Source: Myxococcota bacterium (GTDB taxonomy: Bacteria > Myxococcota_A > SURF-8 > G963663525). From it: a stretch of DNA of 64,000 nt. Both the position numbers and the translations under genes were made by a program. Location of the stretch: the NCBI GenBank assembly GCA_963676915.2, contig CAXXVK010000035.1, forward strand, positions 84,905-148,904, written 5' to 3'. The notes beneath the pieces are model-generated. The model did no database searches, was not told the DNA's origin, and saw only the letters and a list, made by a program, of their open reading frames with translations. Within the stretch, counting starts at the first letter, position 1. Each line of letters starts with the position of its first letter. This document shows positions 1 through 11,500 of the stretch, in pieces.

Positions 1-803
1 TTCTGCTCGTCCATCCATTGGAGCAACCCGGTTGCTGGGAAGCTATCGTCAAAGGTGTGAGTAAAATTCCCGAAGGCGGCGAAGTGCTTTTACCAGGGGA
101 TCGAAAAATGATCCTGGGCCAGCGTTTGTCTCCCAAGACCCGTGTTGTCGAGTGGAAGGAATCGATTTCCTTGCTGGACTATGCAGAAGAGTACGGAAAA
201 ATCCCATTGCCTCCCTACATTCGCCGGGAAGACGATTCCCGACGGGCGGAAGATCGTCAACGCTACCAGACGGTGTATGCAAAACATATCGGAGCGGTGG
301 CAGCTCCGACGGCGGGTCTGCATTTCACAGACAGTATGTTGAAAGCTTTGGAGCACAAAGGTGTCCGTCAGGCCAAGGTGACTCTGCATGTAGGTCCGGG
401 AACATTTTTACCCTTGGAAGATGAAAACCTGCGCTTGGGAAAACTGCACAAAGAATGGTTCGAAGTACCAAGAGCTACGATAGAAGCGATTCAAAACACT
501 CGGGAGAGTGGCGGACGGGTGGTCGCCGTTGGTACGACAACCATGCGTTCGCTGGAATCTCTACCGGATCATTCGTACGAGAATGGCTACACAGGATGGA
601 CCGAGCTGTTTATCCGTCCAGGATTCCGCTTTCGGTTCGTCGATGCCCTCGTAACGAACTTTCATTTGCCTGAATCGTCCCTTTTGATGCTGGTTTGCGC
701 GTTTTCAGGCAGGGAACGGGTCGTGAAGGCGTACGAGGAAGCCGTGAGAGAGCGGTACCGGTTTTTCTCTTACGGTGATGCTTGTTTCTTCGAGAAAGCG
801 TAG
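1..803 (+). CDS. queA: S-adenosylmethionine:tRNA ribosyltransferase-isomerase (5'-truncated by window edge)
   Basis: QueA motifs PLPPYIRR, RYQTVYA, GAVAAPTAGLHFT, TLHVGPGTF, AVGTTTMRSLES, LVTNFHLPESSL, YRFFSYGDA. Confidence 0.97.
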   Translation, partial: LLVHPLEQPGCWEAIVKGVSKIPEGGEVLLPGDRKMILGQRLSPKTRVVEWKESISLLDYAEEYGKIPLPPYIRREDDSRRAEDRQRYQTVYAKHIGAVAAPTAGLHFTDSMLKALEHKGVRQAKVTLHVGPGTFLPLEDENLRLGKLHKEWFEVPRATIEAIQNTRESGGRVVAVGTTTMRSLESLPDHSYENGYTGWTELFIRPGFRFRFVDALVTNFHLPESSLLMLVCAFSGRERVVKAYEEAVRERYRFFSYGDACFFEKA

Positions 804-823
804 AAGCCATCGAAAACATCTCG

Positions 824-890
824 CGTAGGTCGGGCAAATTTCTTGCCCGACAATGACAAAGTGTCGGGCTAAAAATTAGCCCGACCTACG
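824..890. repeat. GTAG-type REP doublet (REPIN/BIME-like), family 1
   Basis: GTAGGTCGGGCAAATTTCTTGCCCGAC followed by inverted GTCGGGCTAAAAATTAGCCCGACCTAC; related units recur at six other loci in the window. Confidence 0.85.
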
Positions 891-893
891 TTT

Positions 894-1076
894 TTAACCC
901 GCATTATTCATGAAGAATCTACTACGACTTAAAAACTCCTGATCTTTCACTCGTTTCCCGATTTTTTATACTCAACATACTATCAAGTATGCTTCCGTTA
1001 AAAAATCGCTCCAACCTCTTGAAATATCTTCGGTTTTCGGCGTCTCGTGACGATCCTCATGAATAATGCGGGTTAA
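894..1076. mobile_element. 183-bp MITE-like hairpin element, copy 1
   Basis: Perfect 20-bp terminal inverted repeat TTAACCCGCATTATTCATGA / TCATGAATAATGCGGGTTAA, nested internal inverted repeats, no ORF; homologous copy at 33325-33508. Confidence 0.75.
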
Positions 1077-1112
1077 GAAAATATAAATAAAATCAATTTG
1101 TTACAAACAAAT

Positions 1113-1144
1113 AAAAAAGGCCGCCTTCACTGAAGGCGGCCTTT
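1113..1144 (-). terminator. Rho-independent terminator after etfA
   Basis: AAAGGCCGCCTTCA-C-TGAAGGCGGCCTTT hairpin followed by a T-run on the minus strand, 20 nt past the etfA stop. Confidence 0.85.
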
Positions 1145-1164
1145 GACGTTCTAGCAGGAAAATC

Positions 1165-2127
1165 TTAGCCTTTGGCGGCCTGGATTTTTTCCGTCAGTTC
1201 GGGCAGGACGTTGAACAGGTCAGCCACGATACCGTAATCGGCCACGGAGAAGATCTGGGCTTCTTCGTCTTTGTTCACGGCTACGATGACTTTCGAGTCC
1301 TTCATACCGGCGAGGTGCTGGATGGCTCCGGAGAGTCCAACGGCGAAATACAGGCCGGGAGCCACGGTTTTACCGGTTTGGCCGACCTGATAGTCGTTGT
1401 GAATCCATCCGGCATCGACAACAGCGCGGGTAGCGCCGATGGCTGCGCCGAAGGTATCGGCCAGCTTCTCGATGATGGGCAGATTCTCGGGATCTTTGAT
1501 TCCACGTCCGAAGCTGACGATGACTTCGGCTTCGGTCAGCGGCGGGCGATCGGAAACGACTTCGTCGAATTCGACGAAGGTTTTGCGCAGGGAACCGAGA
1601 TCGAAAGCGGTGTCGATTTTTTCGACGTCGCTGTCACCGGATTCCGAGATGGGATCGAAAGCCGTACCACGGACGGTGACGATTTTCACGTCGGTGTCGA
1701 TGGCCACTTCGGCGGTGATGTTTCCGGCGTAGATCGGGCGCAGGAAGTTTCCGGCATCGGTGACGCCGAGGATATCGCAAGCCATACCGGCCTGGTATTT
1801 ACCAGCCAGACGGGACATGACGGCTTTGCCTTGCGTGGAAGCAGCGGCGACCAGCACGGTGGCTCCGGCTTTTTCTTTCACTTCGGCCACGGCTTCGGCC
1901 CAGGACTCGTCGAAGTAGTTGTCGAATTTCGCATCGTCGGCAACGTAGACTTTGCGAGCGCCCAGTTTGGCGGCTTTGGCGGCGGTGTCGTCAAGGCCGT
2001 TTCCGACGATCACGATGTCGTAGTCCACTCCGAGTTTTTCGGCAATGGCTTTACCGCCGTTGACGGTCACGAGAGCGCCTTTACCCAGCGCACCCTTTTT
2101 ATGTTCAGCAAGAATCAAAACGGACAT
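1165..2127 (-). CDS. etfA: electron transfer flavoprotein alpha subunit
   Basis: FAD-binding motifs [43 protein letters not shown]; RBS GGAGG. Confidence 0.97.
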   Translation of the reverse strand: MSVLILAEHKKGALGKGALVTVNGGKAIAEKLGVDYDIVIVGNGLDDTAAKAAKLGARKVYVADDAKFDNYFDESWAEAVAEVKEKAGATVLVAAASTQGKAVMSRLAGKYQAGMACDILGVTDAGNFLRPIYAGNITAEVAIDTDVKIVTVRGTAFDPISESGDSDVEKIDTAFDLGSLRKTFVEFDEVVSDRPPLTEAEVIVSFGRGIKDPENLPIIEKLADTFGAAIGATRAVVDAGWIHNDYQVGQTGKTVAPGLYFAVGLSGAIQHLAGMKDSKVIVAVNKDEEAQIFSVADYGIVADLFNVLPELTEKIQAAKG

Positions 2128-2162
2128 TTGAATCCTCCTTGGGATGGCGTTTCGTAATCGAG

Positions 2163-2906
2163 TTACAGAACCTTGGCTTCGTCGCGAAGTTTGGCAACCA
2201 ATTCGTCCACGTCTTTGACGATGACGCCGGCAGCACGCTCGGGAGGAGCGGTCATGGCGACGATGCGGGTCTTGGGCGTTTCATCCACACCGAGATCGGC
2301 GGGAGAAAGCGTCTCGATTTTTTTCTTTTTGGCCTTCATGATGTTGGGAAGGCTGGTGTAGCGCGGCTCGTTGAGGCGCAGGTCACAGGTGATTACAGCG
2401 GGAAGCGTCATGTCGACCGTTTCCAGTCCGCCATCCACTTCGCGGGTCACGGTGACTTTGTCGCCATCGACATCCACTTTGCTGGCGTAGCAGGCCTGGG
2501 GCCAGCCCATCATCTCGGCAAGGATCTGTCCGGCTTGTCCGGCGTCGTTATCGGTGGACTGTTTGCCCATGATCACGAGGTCAGGCTGTTCGCGCTCGAC
2601 GATTTTCGCCAGAATGTAGGCGCCGTCGTCTTCTTCGGTGTTCGCAGTCAGGCATTGGATACCGCTGATGGCACCCATGGCCAACATTTTGCGGATCTGC
2701 GTCTGGGAAGCTTTCTCTCCCACACACATCACGATGACATCGCCACCCGTCTTTTTGGTGATGCGAAGAGCTTCTTCGCAGGCGATCTCGTCGAAGTAGT
2801 TCGGAACCCACTTCATGCCGTCGTTGCTGATGGTTTTTCCGTCATCACCGATTTTGGCTTTGATGTCCGGATCCGGCACTTGCTTACAGCTAACCAGAAT
2901 TTTCAT
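2163..2906 (-). CDS. etfB: electron transfer flavoprotein beta subunit
   Basis: MKILVSCKQVPD, PDLVIMGKQSTD, REVDGG, LNEPRY motifs; RBS AGGAG; directly upstream of etfA. Confidence 0.97.
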   Translation of the reverse strand: MKILVSCKQVPDPDIKAKIGDDGKTISNDGMKWVPNYFDEIACEEALRITKKTGGDVIVMCVGEKASQTQIRKMLAMGAISGIQCLTANTEEDDGAYILAKIVEREQPDLVIMGKQSTDNDAGQAGQILAEMMGWPQACYASKVDVDGDKVTVTREVDGGLETVDMTLPAVITCDLRLNEPRYTSLPNIMKAKKKKIETLSPADLGVDETPKTRIVAMTAPPERAAGVIVKDVDELVAKLRDEAKVL

Positions 2907-3100
2907 TTCTCCTCCTTAGTGCTCGTTTCGATTGAAGGGAAACCGGGCGAAAACAGTTACATTGCGTTCGCAATTTCACCATATAAAAATGCCATTAGGC
3001 AAGGTTAAAGGGATACCTAACATTGCAATGGCGACTTGTCCAGAAGAAATTTTGAAATCCTATAATTGTCATGGGCGCCACGTTGAGATGTTCATATCCT

Positions 3101-3733
3101 TTACGGTTTTGGAAGCTGCGATAGATCGTTCCAAATCCCGCGCAAAAAGAACTCGGACAACTCGTCAACAACACCTTCAATGGAATATTTATTATGTTTA
3201 TTACTTAAAACAAAAAGCACCGAGATTTCGTCCATCATGCCGAAAAGGGCGCGTTTCATCAGTCCGGGAGAAACGTCTTGACGAATCAATCCCAGGTCTT
3301 TTCCTTCTTTCAACAAATCTCCCAAAACCTGCAAATAACTGTGAAATTGCTTGTTCTGGTATTCTTTCATAAACATCGTCGATTGACGCAACTCGATGGT
3401 GATGATTTCGATCAGGTCGGGGTCTTCGCGAAGCAGACGAAAGTGAAGTTGGATGACGGCCCGGATTTTATCGGCGAGATTGTCGATGGTTTCCAACTCT
3501 TTTCGAAGAATGCCGATCAACATCCGCATGCGATCTTCGAAAAGCGAAATTAAAATATCGTCTTTGTTGTGGAAATACAGATAGATCGTGCCGTCGGCGA
3601 CATTGGCTTCTTTGGCGATCTGAGCCACCTTGGAGTTGTGGAAGCCGTTTTTCGCAAAGATCTTCTGGGCGGCGGCGAGAATTCTGTAGTATTTTTCGCC
3701 TTTTTCCCCTTGGTTTGCCGCAGCCCTTGGCAT
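3101..3733 (-). CDS. TetR-family regulator, FadR/YsiA type (fatty-acid degradation repressor)
   Basis: HTH IAKEANVADGTIYLYFHNKDDIL; C-terminal IELRQS as in Bacillus FadR; located next to etfBA and an acyl-CoA dehydrogenase; start ATG 3733 chosen because it lies downstream of the promoter/operator. Confidence 0.88.
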   Translation of the reverse strand: MPRAAANQGEKGEKYYRILAAAQKIFAKNGFHNSKVAQIAKEANVADGTIYLYFHNKDDILISLFEDRMRMLIGILRKELETIDNLADKIRAVIQLHFRLLREDPDLIEIITIELRQSTMFMKEYQNKQFHSYLQVLGDLLKEGKDLGLIRQDVSPGLMKRALFGMMDEISVLFVLSNKHNKYSIEGVVDELSEFFLRGIWNDLSQLPKP

Positions 3734-3769
3734 GTTGAAACTCCGTCTGAAACACGATGTACGGAAAAA

Positions 3770-3787
3770 TGAATGAACCATCATTCA
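3770..3787. promoter_or_regulatory. FadR-box-like operator TGAATGA-N4-TCATTCA
   Basis: Perfect 7-4-7 palindrome resembling the Bacillus subtilis FadR box, immediately downstream of the tetR promoter. Confidence 0.75.
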
Positions 3788-3795
3788 CAATACTG

Positions 3796-3824
3796 TTTGT
3801 ACCATTGCCACCCCACAGTGTCAA
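3796..3824 (-). promoter_or_regulatory. sigma70-type promoter of the tetR gene
   Basis: Minus strand TTGACA-N17-TACAAA with a TG extended -10. Confidence 0.6.
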
Positions 3825-4005
3825 GGTTCGAAAAATTTCTATTATCAGGTTCTTTGGGGTTGATTTTCGCTTTGTTTCTATGGCTTGTCGGAAGCAGGAA
3901 AGGAAGAATCTCCAACCCGTACCGAAAAGGCAGCATGATTTTTTGTCGGTAAAACTCGTTGATCGAGCGGTTTTCACCAGGCACTTTTCTAAGACGATTC
4001 CCTTT

Positions 4006-4030
4006 GTCGGGTGAAAATCACCCGACCTAC
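4006..4030 (-). repeat. single GTAG-REP, family 1
   Basis: GTCGGGTGAAAATCACCCGACCTAC. Confidence 0.8.
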
Positions 4031-4090
4031 CCTGTGAATCAATTTTTTCCAGAAAGACAGCCTTTTACACTCTCGGCAAAGCACGAGAAA

Positions 4091-4127
4091 AATCATGATT
4101 GCATGATTGTTCGTTAGCGGATAAAGT
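4091..4127 (+). promoter_or_regulatory. putative promoter with overlapping palindromic operator
   Basis: AATCATG-ATTG-CATGATT palindrome (4091-4108) overlapping TTGCAT-N17-TAAAGT, upstream of the acyl-CoA dehydrogenase. Confidence 0.45.
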
Positions 4128-4167
4128 TTGGAACGATTTTTTTCTACTTTTGATAGGAGTTTTTACG

Positions 4168-5424
4168 ATGTTCGATCACTTGTTGGATCAGGAAACACGA
4201 AAACTTAGAGACGAAACACGCGCCTTCGTTAAAAGTATTCCTCGGCAGATGATTCTGGACATGGATCAGGATAAAATCCTCTTCCCAAAAGAATTTCTTC
4301 AGGAAGCGGGACGTCTCAACCTGATGGGTGCCCGATATCCCAAACAGTGGGGCGGACGTGGCCTGGATTGGGTGGCCACAGCGACGACGGTCGAAGAAAT
4401 CGGAACTTTGGGATACATTTTCGCCTGTGTTTTCGGTGTCGGGGCGGAGTTGGTTTGCGATGCGATCATCCAGCACGGTACCGATGCGCAAAAGGAAAAG
4501 TACGTCAAACCTCTGCTAAAGGGCGATATCTTCGCCGCCGAATGCCTGACCGAACCCCGTGGAGGCTCGGACTTTTTCGGTACAACGACCACAGCCGAGA
4601 AAAAAGACGGCTATTACCTGCTCAATGGTCAGAAGCGGTTTATCGTTGGTGCGGAAGGCGCGGATTATTTTCTCGTCTACGCCAAAACCAATCCGAACGC
4701 CAAACCCCACGAATCTCTCACCTGCTTTATCGTCGATCGTTCTGCCGGTGTAAACGTGGAATATCTTTACGGATTGATGGGATGCCGTGGTGGTGGTGCC
4801 GGACGACTGGTGTTCAAAGACGTAAAAGTTCCTGAAGAAAACATCGTCGGAAAACTCGATGGTGCATACGCCGTATTCAACACGATGATGATCCCGGAAC
4901 GACTGGGAACGGCTGCGATGACGGTGGGCGCGGCGCGTCCGGCTCTGGATATCGCCACACGGTATTCCACGCGACGCAAGGCGTTCGGCCAGGTAATTGC
5001 GCAGTTCCAGGGCGTTAGCTTCCAGGTGGCCGAAGCCGCTATGTTGCTGGATGCCGCACGGTCGTTGGTTTATACTACCTGCCGCGCCGTGGATGAAAAC
5101 GTTCCTACCAATCGCGTGCGTCGCATGGTGTCGGAAACGAAAAAATTCGTTACCGAATCTTGTCAGAAGGTCGTGCATCACGCGATGCAGGTTATGGGTG
5201 GAATCGGCTACACCAATGTTTATCCCGTCGAGCGCATGGCTCGCGATCTTCGCTTGTCGAGCATCTGGACCGGAACCAACGAAGTGATGGCGATGATCAT
5301 CGCCAGCGAGTGGTACAAGGAACAAGCAAAACTTCCCGAAGCGATGCGTCGTCGCGACATGGAAAACGACGCGGAAGAAGCCTTTGTCGACGGCGAGAAG
5401 ATTTTCGACGCTTCCGATCAATAA
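4168..5424 (+). CDS. acyl-CoA dehydrogenase
   Basis: CLTEPRGGSD, LNGQKRFI, RKAFGQ, QVMGGIGY, IWTGTNEV motifs; RBS AGGAG before ATG 4168. Confidence 0.95.
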   Translation: MFDHLLDQETRKLRDETRAFVKSIPRQMILDMDQDKILFPKEFLQEAGRLNLMGARYPKQWGGRGLDWVATATTVEEIGTLGYIFACVFGVGAELVCDAIIQHGTDAQKEKYVKPLLKGDIFAAECLTEPRGGSDFFGTTTTAEKKDGYYLLNGQKRFIVGAEGADYFLVYAKTNPNAKPHESLTCFIVDRSAGVNVEYLYGLMGCRGGGAGRLVFKDVKVPEENIVGKLDGAYAVFNTMMIPERLGTAAMTVGAARPALDIATRYSTRRKAFGQVIAQFQGVSFQVAEAAMLLDAARSLVYTTCRAVDENVPTNRVRRMVSETKKFVTESCQKVVHHAMQVMGGIGYTNVYPVERMARDLRLSSIWTGTNEVMAMIIASEWYKEQAKLPEAMRRRDMENDAEEAFVDGEKIFDASDQ

Positions 5425-5477
5425 TCCGCAAAAACAAATACGAACAATACAAACAAGTTCATCAAAACTTGCAAAAG

Positions 5478-5508
5478 AAAACGCCCGGCCAATATGGTCG
5501 GGCGTTTT
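5478..5508. terminator. bidirectional terminator
   Basis: AAAACGCCCGGCCA-ATA-TGGTCGGGCGTTTT between convergent genes. Confidence 0.75.
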
Positions 5509-5529
5509 GGTTGAAGGTTTCGAGTCGGA

Positions 5530-8500
5530 TCAGCGGGCTTCCACCGTCAGTTCGTAGCCGCCACCGCCGCCACCGCTGGTGCTGTAGTAGTCCACGACGA
5601 TGAAATACGTACCCGTCTCGGTGGGAGTGAAGACCAGGGCTTCGTCATCACCGCCGTACGTATCGTCTACGGTATCCAGGCAGAGTTCACAGCCACGGTT
5701 GATCCACAGGGCCGAGTCCCAGCTTGTGGTCGGATGTAGCGTGATATCATAGGTGGTTCCGGCTTGAAGTACGACTCCCCAGACGTGATCGTTACCCATG
5801 TTGCTGTAAGGATGATCGCAGCCATCCATGGAATCTCGATCCAGGTGATTGGAACTCGAACTGGAATCTCCGCTTGCCGTAGCGGTCGCACCATCGAAGG
5901 TCATGTAGCCTTCCACAAGGGAAGGATCGCACAGAGGTTCGGTGTACGGGGTAACCGACCAGTCGGTGATTTCGAACGAACTTCCGAAACCGGCAGAAAC
6001 GTTATCGAAGTGGAGATACATGTCCGCCCCGGCATCCTCATCGAAAGGAATGATGATGGAGGCTGTTCCCGCCGAAGTGATCGTACTAGATCCCAGGCAG
6101 CTTTCCGAAGCGCCGCATTCCGTGCTCCAGTGAACGGCGAGGGGAGCGTTTGCCGTGAATTCGAGATTCAGTTGCGAATGGGCGTCGATGTACTTTTTGA
6201 AGACGACATCGTTGCCGGGGAAGAACTCACCGCAGGTAAAGTCGGCGGCAGCCCACGAATAATCGCTGGCAACCGGTGGAGTGAGGTTGTCGAGATCGAT
6301 GTATGTGTCGCAGGTATCGCCTTCTACCGTATCAATGGACGTAAGATTCGCAGAAAGGCTGATGGACCCCGCGAAATCGGTTTCGCTGTCCACGATCACG
6401 TACAGGTCTACGGGTTCTCCGGAGGTGTTGGGGTAGGCGAAATCATATTCGCTTTGTCCACCGGCAGCGTAGAGACATTGGGTGGTCGCGTCGGGGGCGC
6501 ATTGATCGCCCGTGACGATGTAGAGCGCGGTCTCATCTCCGCCGATGCTGTCCATATGAATGGATACACCTTCATTGTTCCCTACAGTGAGTTGGTAAAC
6601 CACATCGTTACCCGAACCGGCTGTGGTCAAGCACCCGAAATCTTCCGCCGTGTAATCGTTGGTGGCTTCGGTCAAGATACCATCCACGAGCGTACCATCG
6701 GTAGGAAGCACTGCCGGTTCGTCGCAAGTGGCGTTGGTCAACGGTGTGTAGTTGCCTACATTCACTTCGATGTAGAAGTCTCCCGCATGGCTGGTGCCGG
6801 AATAGTAACTGTCCACGAACATGAAGACGTTGGTTTGCATCCCGGTGTCGTTGATGTACAGCACCTCGTTGTCATCGGGATAATCCTGATAATGGATACA
6901 CTCGTTTTCGCCGTCCGGTGCGCAGTCGTCACCAACGACCACGTAGAATACGCCGTCTCCCGAGGTTCCCGCTTCGATGGCAGCGCCTTCGTTGGGTTCC
7001 AGAGTCGTCATGAAAACGAGATCGTTTCCGTTACCTCCACCGTACGAAGTGCAACCCCAACCTTGGGCGTTGTGATCGTGTTGTGCTTCCGCTAGGTTTC
7101 CTTCCACCCGGTTTTCTCCAGTGTCAGGATCGGGCAGTACCATCGGAGAATCACAGGATTCGTTGATGAAAGGCGGAATGTGTTCTTCGTACGTCCACAC
7201 CAGATCGAAGGTTCCTTCATCCGTTGAATAGCTTCCGTCAACGACGAAATAATACGTTACGGGGTTGGTATAGGCTTGGAAGGTCCATTCCTGAGTTTCA
7301 GTGTAGGAATAAGCCAAGCAGGAGTCGGCAATGTTCGGACAATCGGTTGAATAGTAGTTGAACATGTCGTAACCGCTCGTGATGTTTTCCAGGTGGAGAA
7401 CCACACGATGGAACGGTTCGAGGTTCATCATGTAAACCAGATCCTTGCCGGCAGTTCCTCCAGCGCTGCACGAACCGCCACCGGAATATGTGTTGAACGC
7501 TTCGACGTTGGATTGTTCATCCAAGCCGGTTTTCTTCACCCGGGGTAATACCGTCCGTCAGGTCGATGGCACCTTCACAGGTATTGTTCGGCAGGTGGCG
7601 GATCGAGCTGGACAATTGTTGCCGGCAACATCGAAGGTACCTGCGTCGTCTTCGTTGTATCCACTGACGATGAGGTAGAAGGTTTTCGGCTGATTGCTTT
7701 GGTTGACCACCGAAACTTCACCTGTATCGCTGGATGCGTAGATGGTTCTGTATCCCAGGCAACCCAGCAGATCGGTACATTCTTCGGTAATGTACATCGA
7801 CGCTTCGAAGTTTTCGGGAAGCAGGTTCGACAGCGTGAACGTTCCTTCCTGGTAGGAATCCAGGGTCAACGAGTACACAAGGTCCGGACCTTTGCCGCCG
7901 TAGAGAGCAGGTTCCCGAATTCACGTCGTACAGGTTCAGGGCGCCGGACAAGTCGCCGGGGATCGGATCCCCGCCTGGAATCAATTCGATCGGATCGCTA
8001 CACGAAGTATTTTGCGGTCCGTAGTATTCCTGGAAGTCAACATCCAGGGTGTAAATACCGCCACTTGTGTCCGTACGACCGTCCACGACGAGCCACAGGT
8101 ACTGCTCGGCACCGGTGTTGTAGTACGTCAGCCGTTCGGGTGTGGATGTATTGACATCCGCTCCCATCAGACAGGACGTGGTGTCGGTGCAGTCGGTCAG
8201 CAGTACATCGAAGTGTTCCAGTTGCCGGTGGCGGTGATGCCTTCCAGCGTGGCGTCGATGTAGTACCCCGAAGGCATCAACAACATGTAGGAGACATCCG
8301 GTCCGTCAATGTCCTGACCCGTGCAATGTTCGCCCGTTTCAGGAGTTGTGAAGTAGTTCGTTGCGTATTGGGTCGTGCCGTTGTAGACGCCTGCCTCGGA
8401 AATGAAGGTCGGCATGTCGCAGGTGTCGTTTTCAGGCGTTGCCATAGCGACGATCAACACTTCGATCACGAACGGTCCCCAATCCAAGCTGTCTTCGGTA

Positions 8501-11500
8501 TCGGCGATCAGGGTCAGAGTTTGATACTCGCCGTGTCGTTTTCGTACACGAGAACGTTGGAGGAAATTTGCGCCCAGGCAGGAATCCGCGTCGTTTTCGC
8601 AGTCCTGGTCGGCAAGATATCCGTAAATGACCGGGCTGAAGGAATACGTCGCTTCCTCGCCGCGCATGATGCGCACGTTGGCAGAATATCCGGGTTCCAG
8701 TTCCAGCGTATAAGCCAGATCCGGTCCTTCGGCCGGGTCGCCGTCGAGGCAGCCATCGCTTTCACCGGTTGGAGAATGATCCTCGCTGGCGAAATCGAAC
8801 GAACCTTCGTAGTAAAGATACCCGTTGACCGGAGTCAGAGTTTCCGGTTCGCCGTTGCAGAGGTCGTTGGTCGGTGTTTCGAGGAAGCCGATTTCGAACT
8901 GAATTGCGAACTCGCCCTGCTCTTCGGCATCCACACCGTCCACGATAAAGTAAAGCATCTGGGAACCGCTATCCGAAGCGTTGTTGCGGTAGAAGATTTC
9001 CTCTCCACCGTTTCCGGAAACGTCGCGTCCCATCAGGCAGGCATCGCCGATCAGATCGGTTTCGCAATTGCCTTCACCCATAATCAGGTACATCGAAGTA
9101 TCGAAGTTGGTACCTTCTTCGAGGATCGTCGCTCGTACGTACGCGCCATCGGACAGTTCCACCTGATAGGCAACGTCTTTGCCTGCCGAATCGGTGCTGC
9201 TGCACGCCCCGGAGGTGGGATTGTAATCGTTTTCGAAAATGGACGTCGTTCCGGTGAAGTTGTACGTGCCGGAGTCGCTGAGACCCAGAGATGCCGTTTC
9301 GCTGACGGCAGCGTCTTCGCAGGTGTCGTTGTCGTTGATGGAGAAATTCTTCCACAACGACATCGAGAGCGAAGGAGCCGAGGTCTTCCGCATCCATCGA
9401 GTCCACAACGATATAGAGGTACGTGGCTTCCTCGGCGATATAGGTCAGTTCTTCACCTCCGTTGCCGTACGCATTTTGCGAAACCAGGCAGGAGGCGGGC
9501 AGGTCGTCGCGCAGCTTGTGGCTAACCACAACGCCGAGTTGAAGGTTGTGGCTTCGGTGTCGAGCTTGGCGATCATCCGTTGGTTTTCGAACAGTTGAAT
9601 CGCATACACCACATCGTTACCCGGAGTCGAAACATTGCAGTCCCCAGTAACGGACGTGTAAGAGTCGGTGGTGTTGATGGTTTGTCCTTCGAGACGCACG
9701 GTTTTCGCCGAGCTCATCGATGACGATCTCCGTTGCGGTGGTGCAGTCGTTGTTGGGCATCGGCTCCAGAGAACCGAATTGGACGGTCAGAGTGTATGGA
9801 TAAGCAACGGTAGAGCTGTAGCCATCCACGATCAGGAAGTAATCTCCCGGCTCACCGACCAAGACGTTTTCGGGATTGCCCGAATCACTTCCAGCTACAC
9901 AGGTCGTATCGATGTCATTGCAATCGGTTACGACATAGATCGCAGCATCGGAGCTGTCATCCGGAGTGACCTCGGCGTAGAAGTACTCGTTTTCACCCAG
10001 GCTGATAGCATAGGCTGTATCGGGACCGGCAGCCTGAGAATACCCGGTGCAGTCACTTTCGGAAGGAGCATAATCGTTGACCTTGTCAACGGTGGTTCCG
10101 ATGTAGTCCCCACTGGTCTCGATCGGTAGGGCATTTCCACAGAACTCGCCGGGAAGCGGAGTCCAAACGGAAATGTTCAGGATGTAGTTGCCGGATTGCG
10201 CGTCGAGCCAAGTCGGCGACTGCGTAACCATGATGATCACGTCGCTTTCTCCATCGATACTGAATCCGCTGATGGAGGAGAAGTTGCCGTCGCCGGAATC
10301 GGTCGTCGGTCCAGGTTCCGATCACTTCGCCCGTCGTTGCGTCGAGAAGAGCCAGGTAGGTATCGGTGGAACGTTTCGCAGAACGATTCCGTCGAAACGT
10401 TCAAGAAATCATCCGCCGTGAGGTTGACTTTGTAGTAATCCGCATCGAAGGTATCCGTTGGCATCAAGGAACCGAAAACACTGGCGTTTCCGTCATCATC
10501 GAGCGTGACCGGCTGGGCATTCTCCCATCCATACAGTCCGATTGTTTCTTCCACCATGCCTTCCGGCAGGGAAATTCCACAGCTTCCGTCGGTGCAGGCG
10601 AGCATGTCGCAAGCCGCACCCTTCTTCTTCGGTGCAGCTTTCGGAGCAATAGCCGTCCTGGCAGATGCCGCTGATGCATTCGCCGTCTTCGTTGCACGGA
10701 TCGCCTACGACCAGTTCGGGACGTTCGCAGTACCCTGAGTCGAGGCAGGTGGTCGGCACGGTGCAGGAAAGGCTGACCGGCAGGACACTGGTATTCCTGA
10801 CCTTCGGGAATGCTGGTTCCGGAGATGTACGAGCAGAAGGTACCTTCGGGACAGCTCGTAGGATCGTTCGGAATGCACCCGCGTCCACAGAAGGCTCCAG
10901 ATCCCGTAGGATCGGAGATGCACAGGTTTCCGTCGTTGCAATCCGAACTGTAATCGCAGGGATAGCAGATGTCGCCCGGAATCGGGACGAAGACCGGGTT
11001 GCCGGTGCAATCGGTATCTTCGGTGCAGGTTTCCGCACAAGTGCCCAACATGCATTCGTTGGAGATTGCAGTCCGCGTAGAGAGCGGCAGTTCCAGAAGG
11101 AAGGCGTTTCGGCAAAGCCCTTGATGCACAGCGGGCCGTCGTCCAGATCGTAGTCGTGGCAGACCATATCGCCGTCGGTTCCACACGCCTCGTCTATTTC
11201 TGTACACGACTTGGAGCAGTACATGTTTCCGTTGTAAGGATCTTCGAAGCACAGTCCGCTGGTGCAATCGACGTTGTTGCGGCAGGGATCGCCCAGCGCC
11301 GTGTTGCCGACGAATGCCGGATCGACGCACTCGGAGCCGCGTGGATCTTCGTAATCGTAGCAGACGAAATCATCCGGGCAGACGTTCTCATCGTTCGAGC
11401 AATCCAGCGTACAGCGTCCGTCTTCGTTACAGAAAGCGTCGTCGTCGCCGCATTGGATGTCATCCACACAGTCTCCGCCCAGTTCGATAGCCAGCATCCG

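Noticed and set aside
8190-8215. TGC-TGA as selenocysteine readthrough in the giant lipoprotein
   Set aside because: Adding one base restores the repeat consensus (SMYLLTDC..TTSCL); this is a frameshift, not in-frame UGA recoding.
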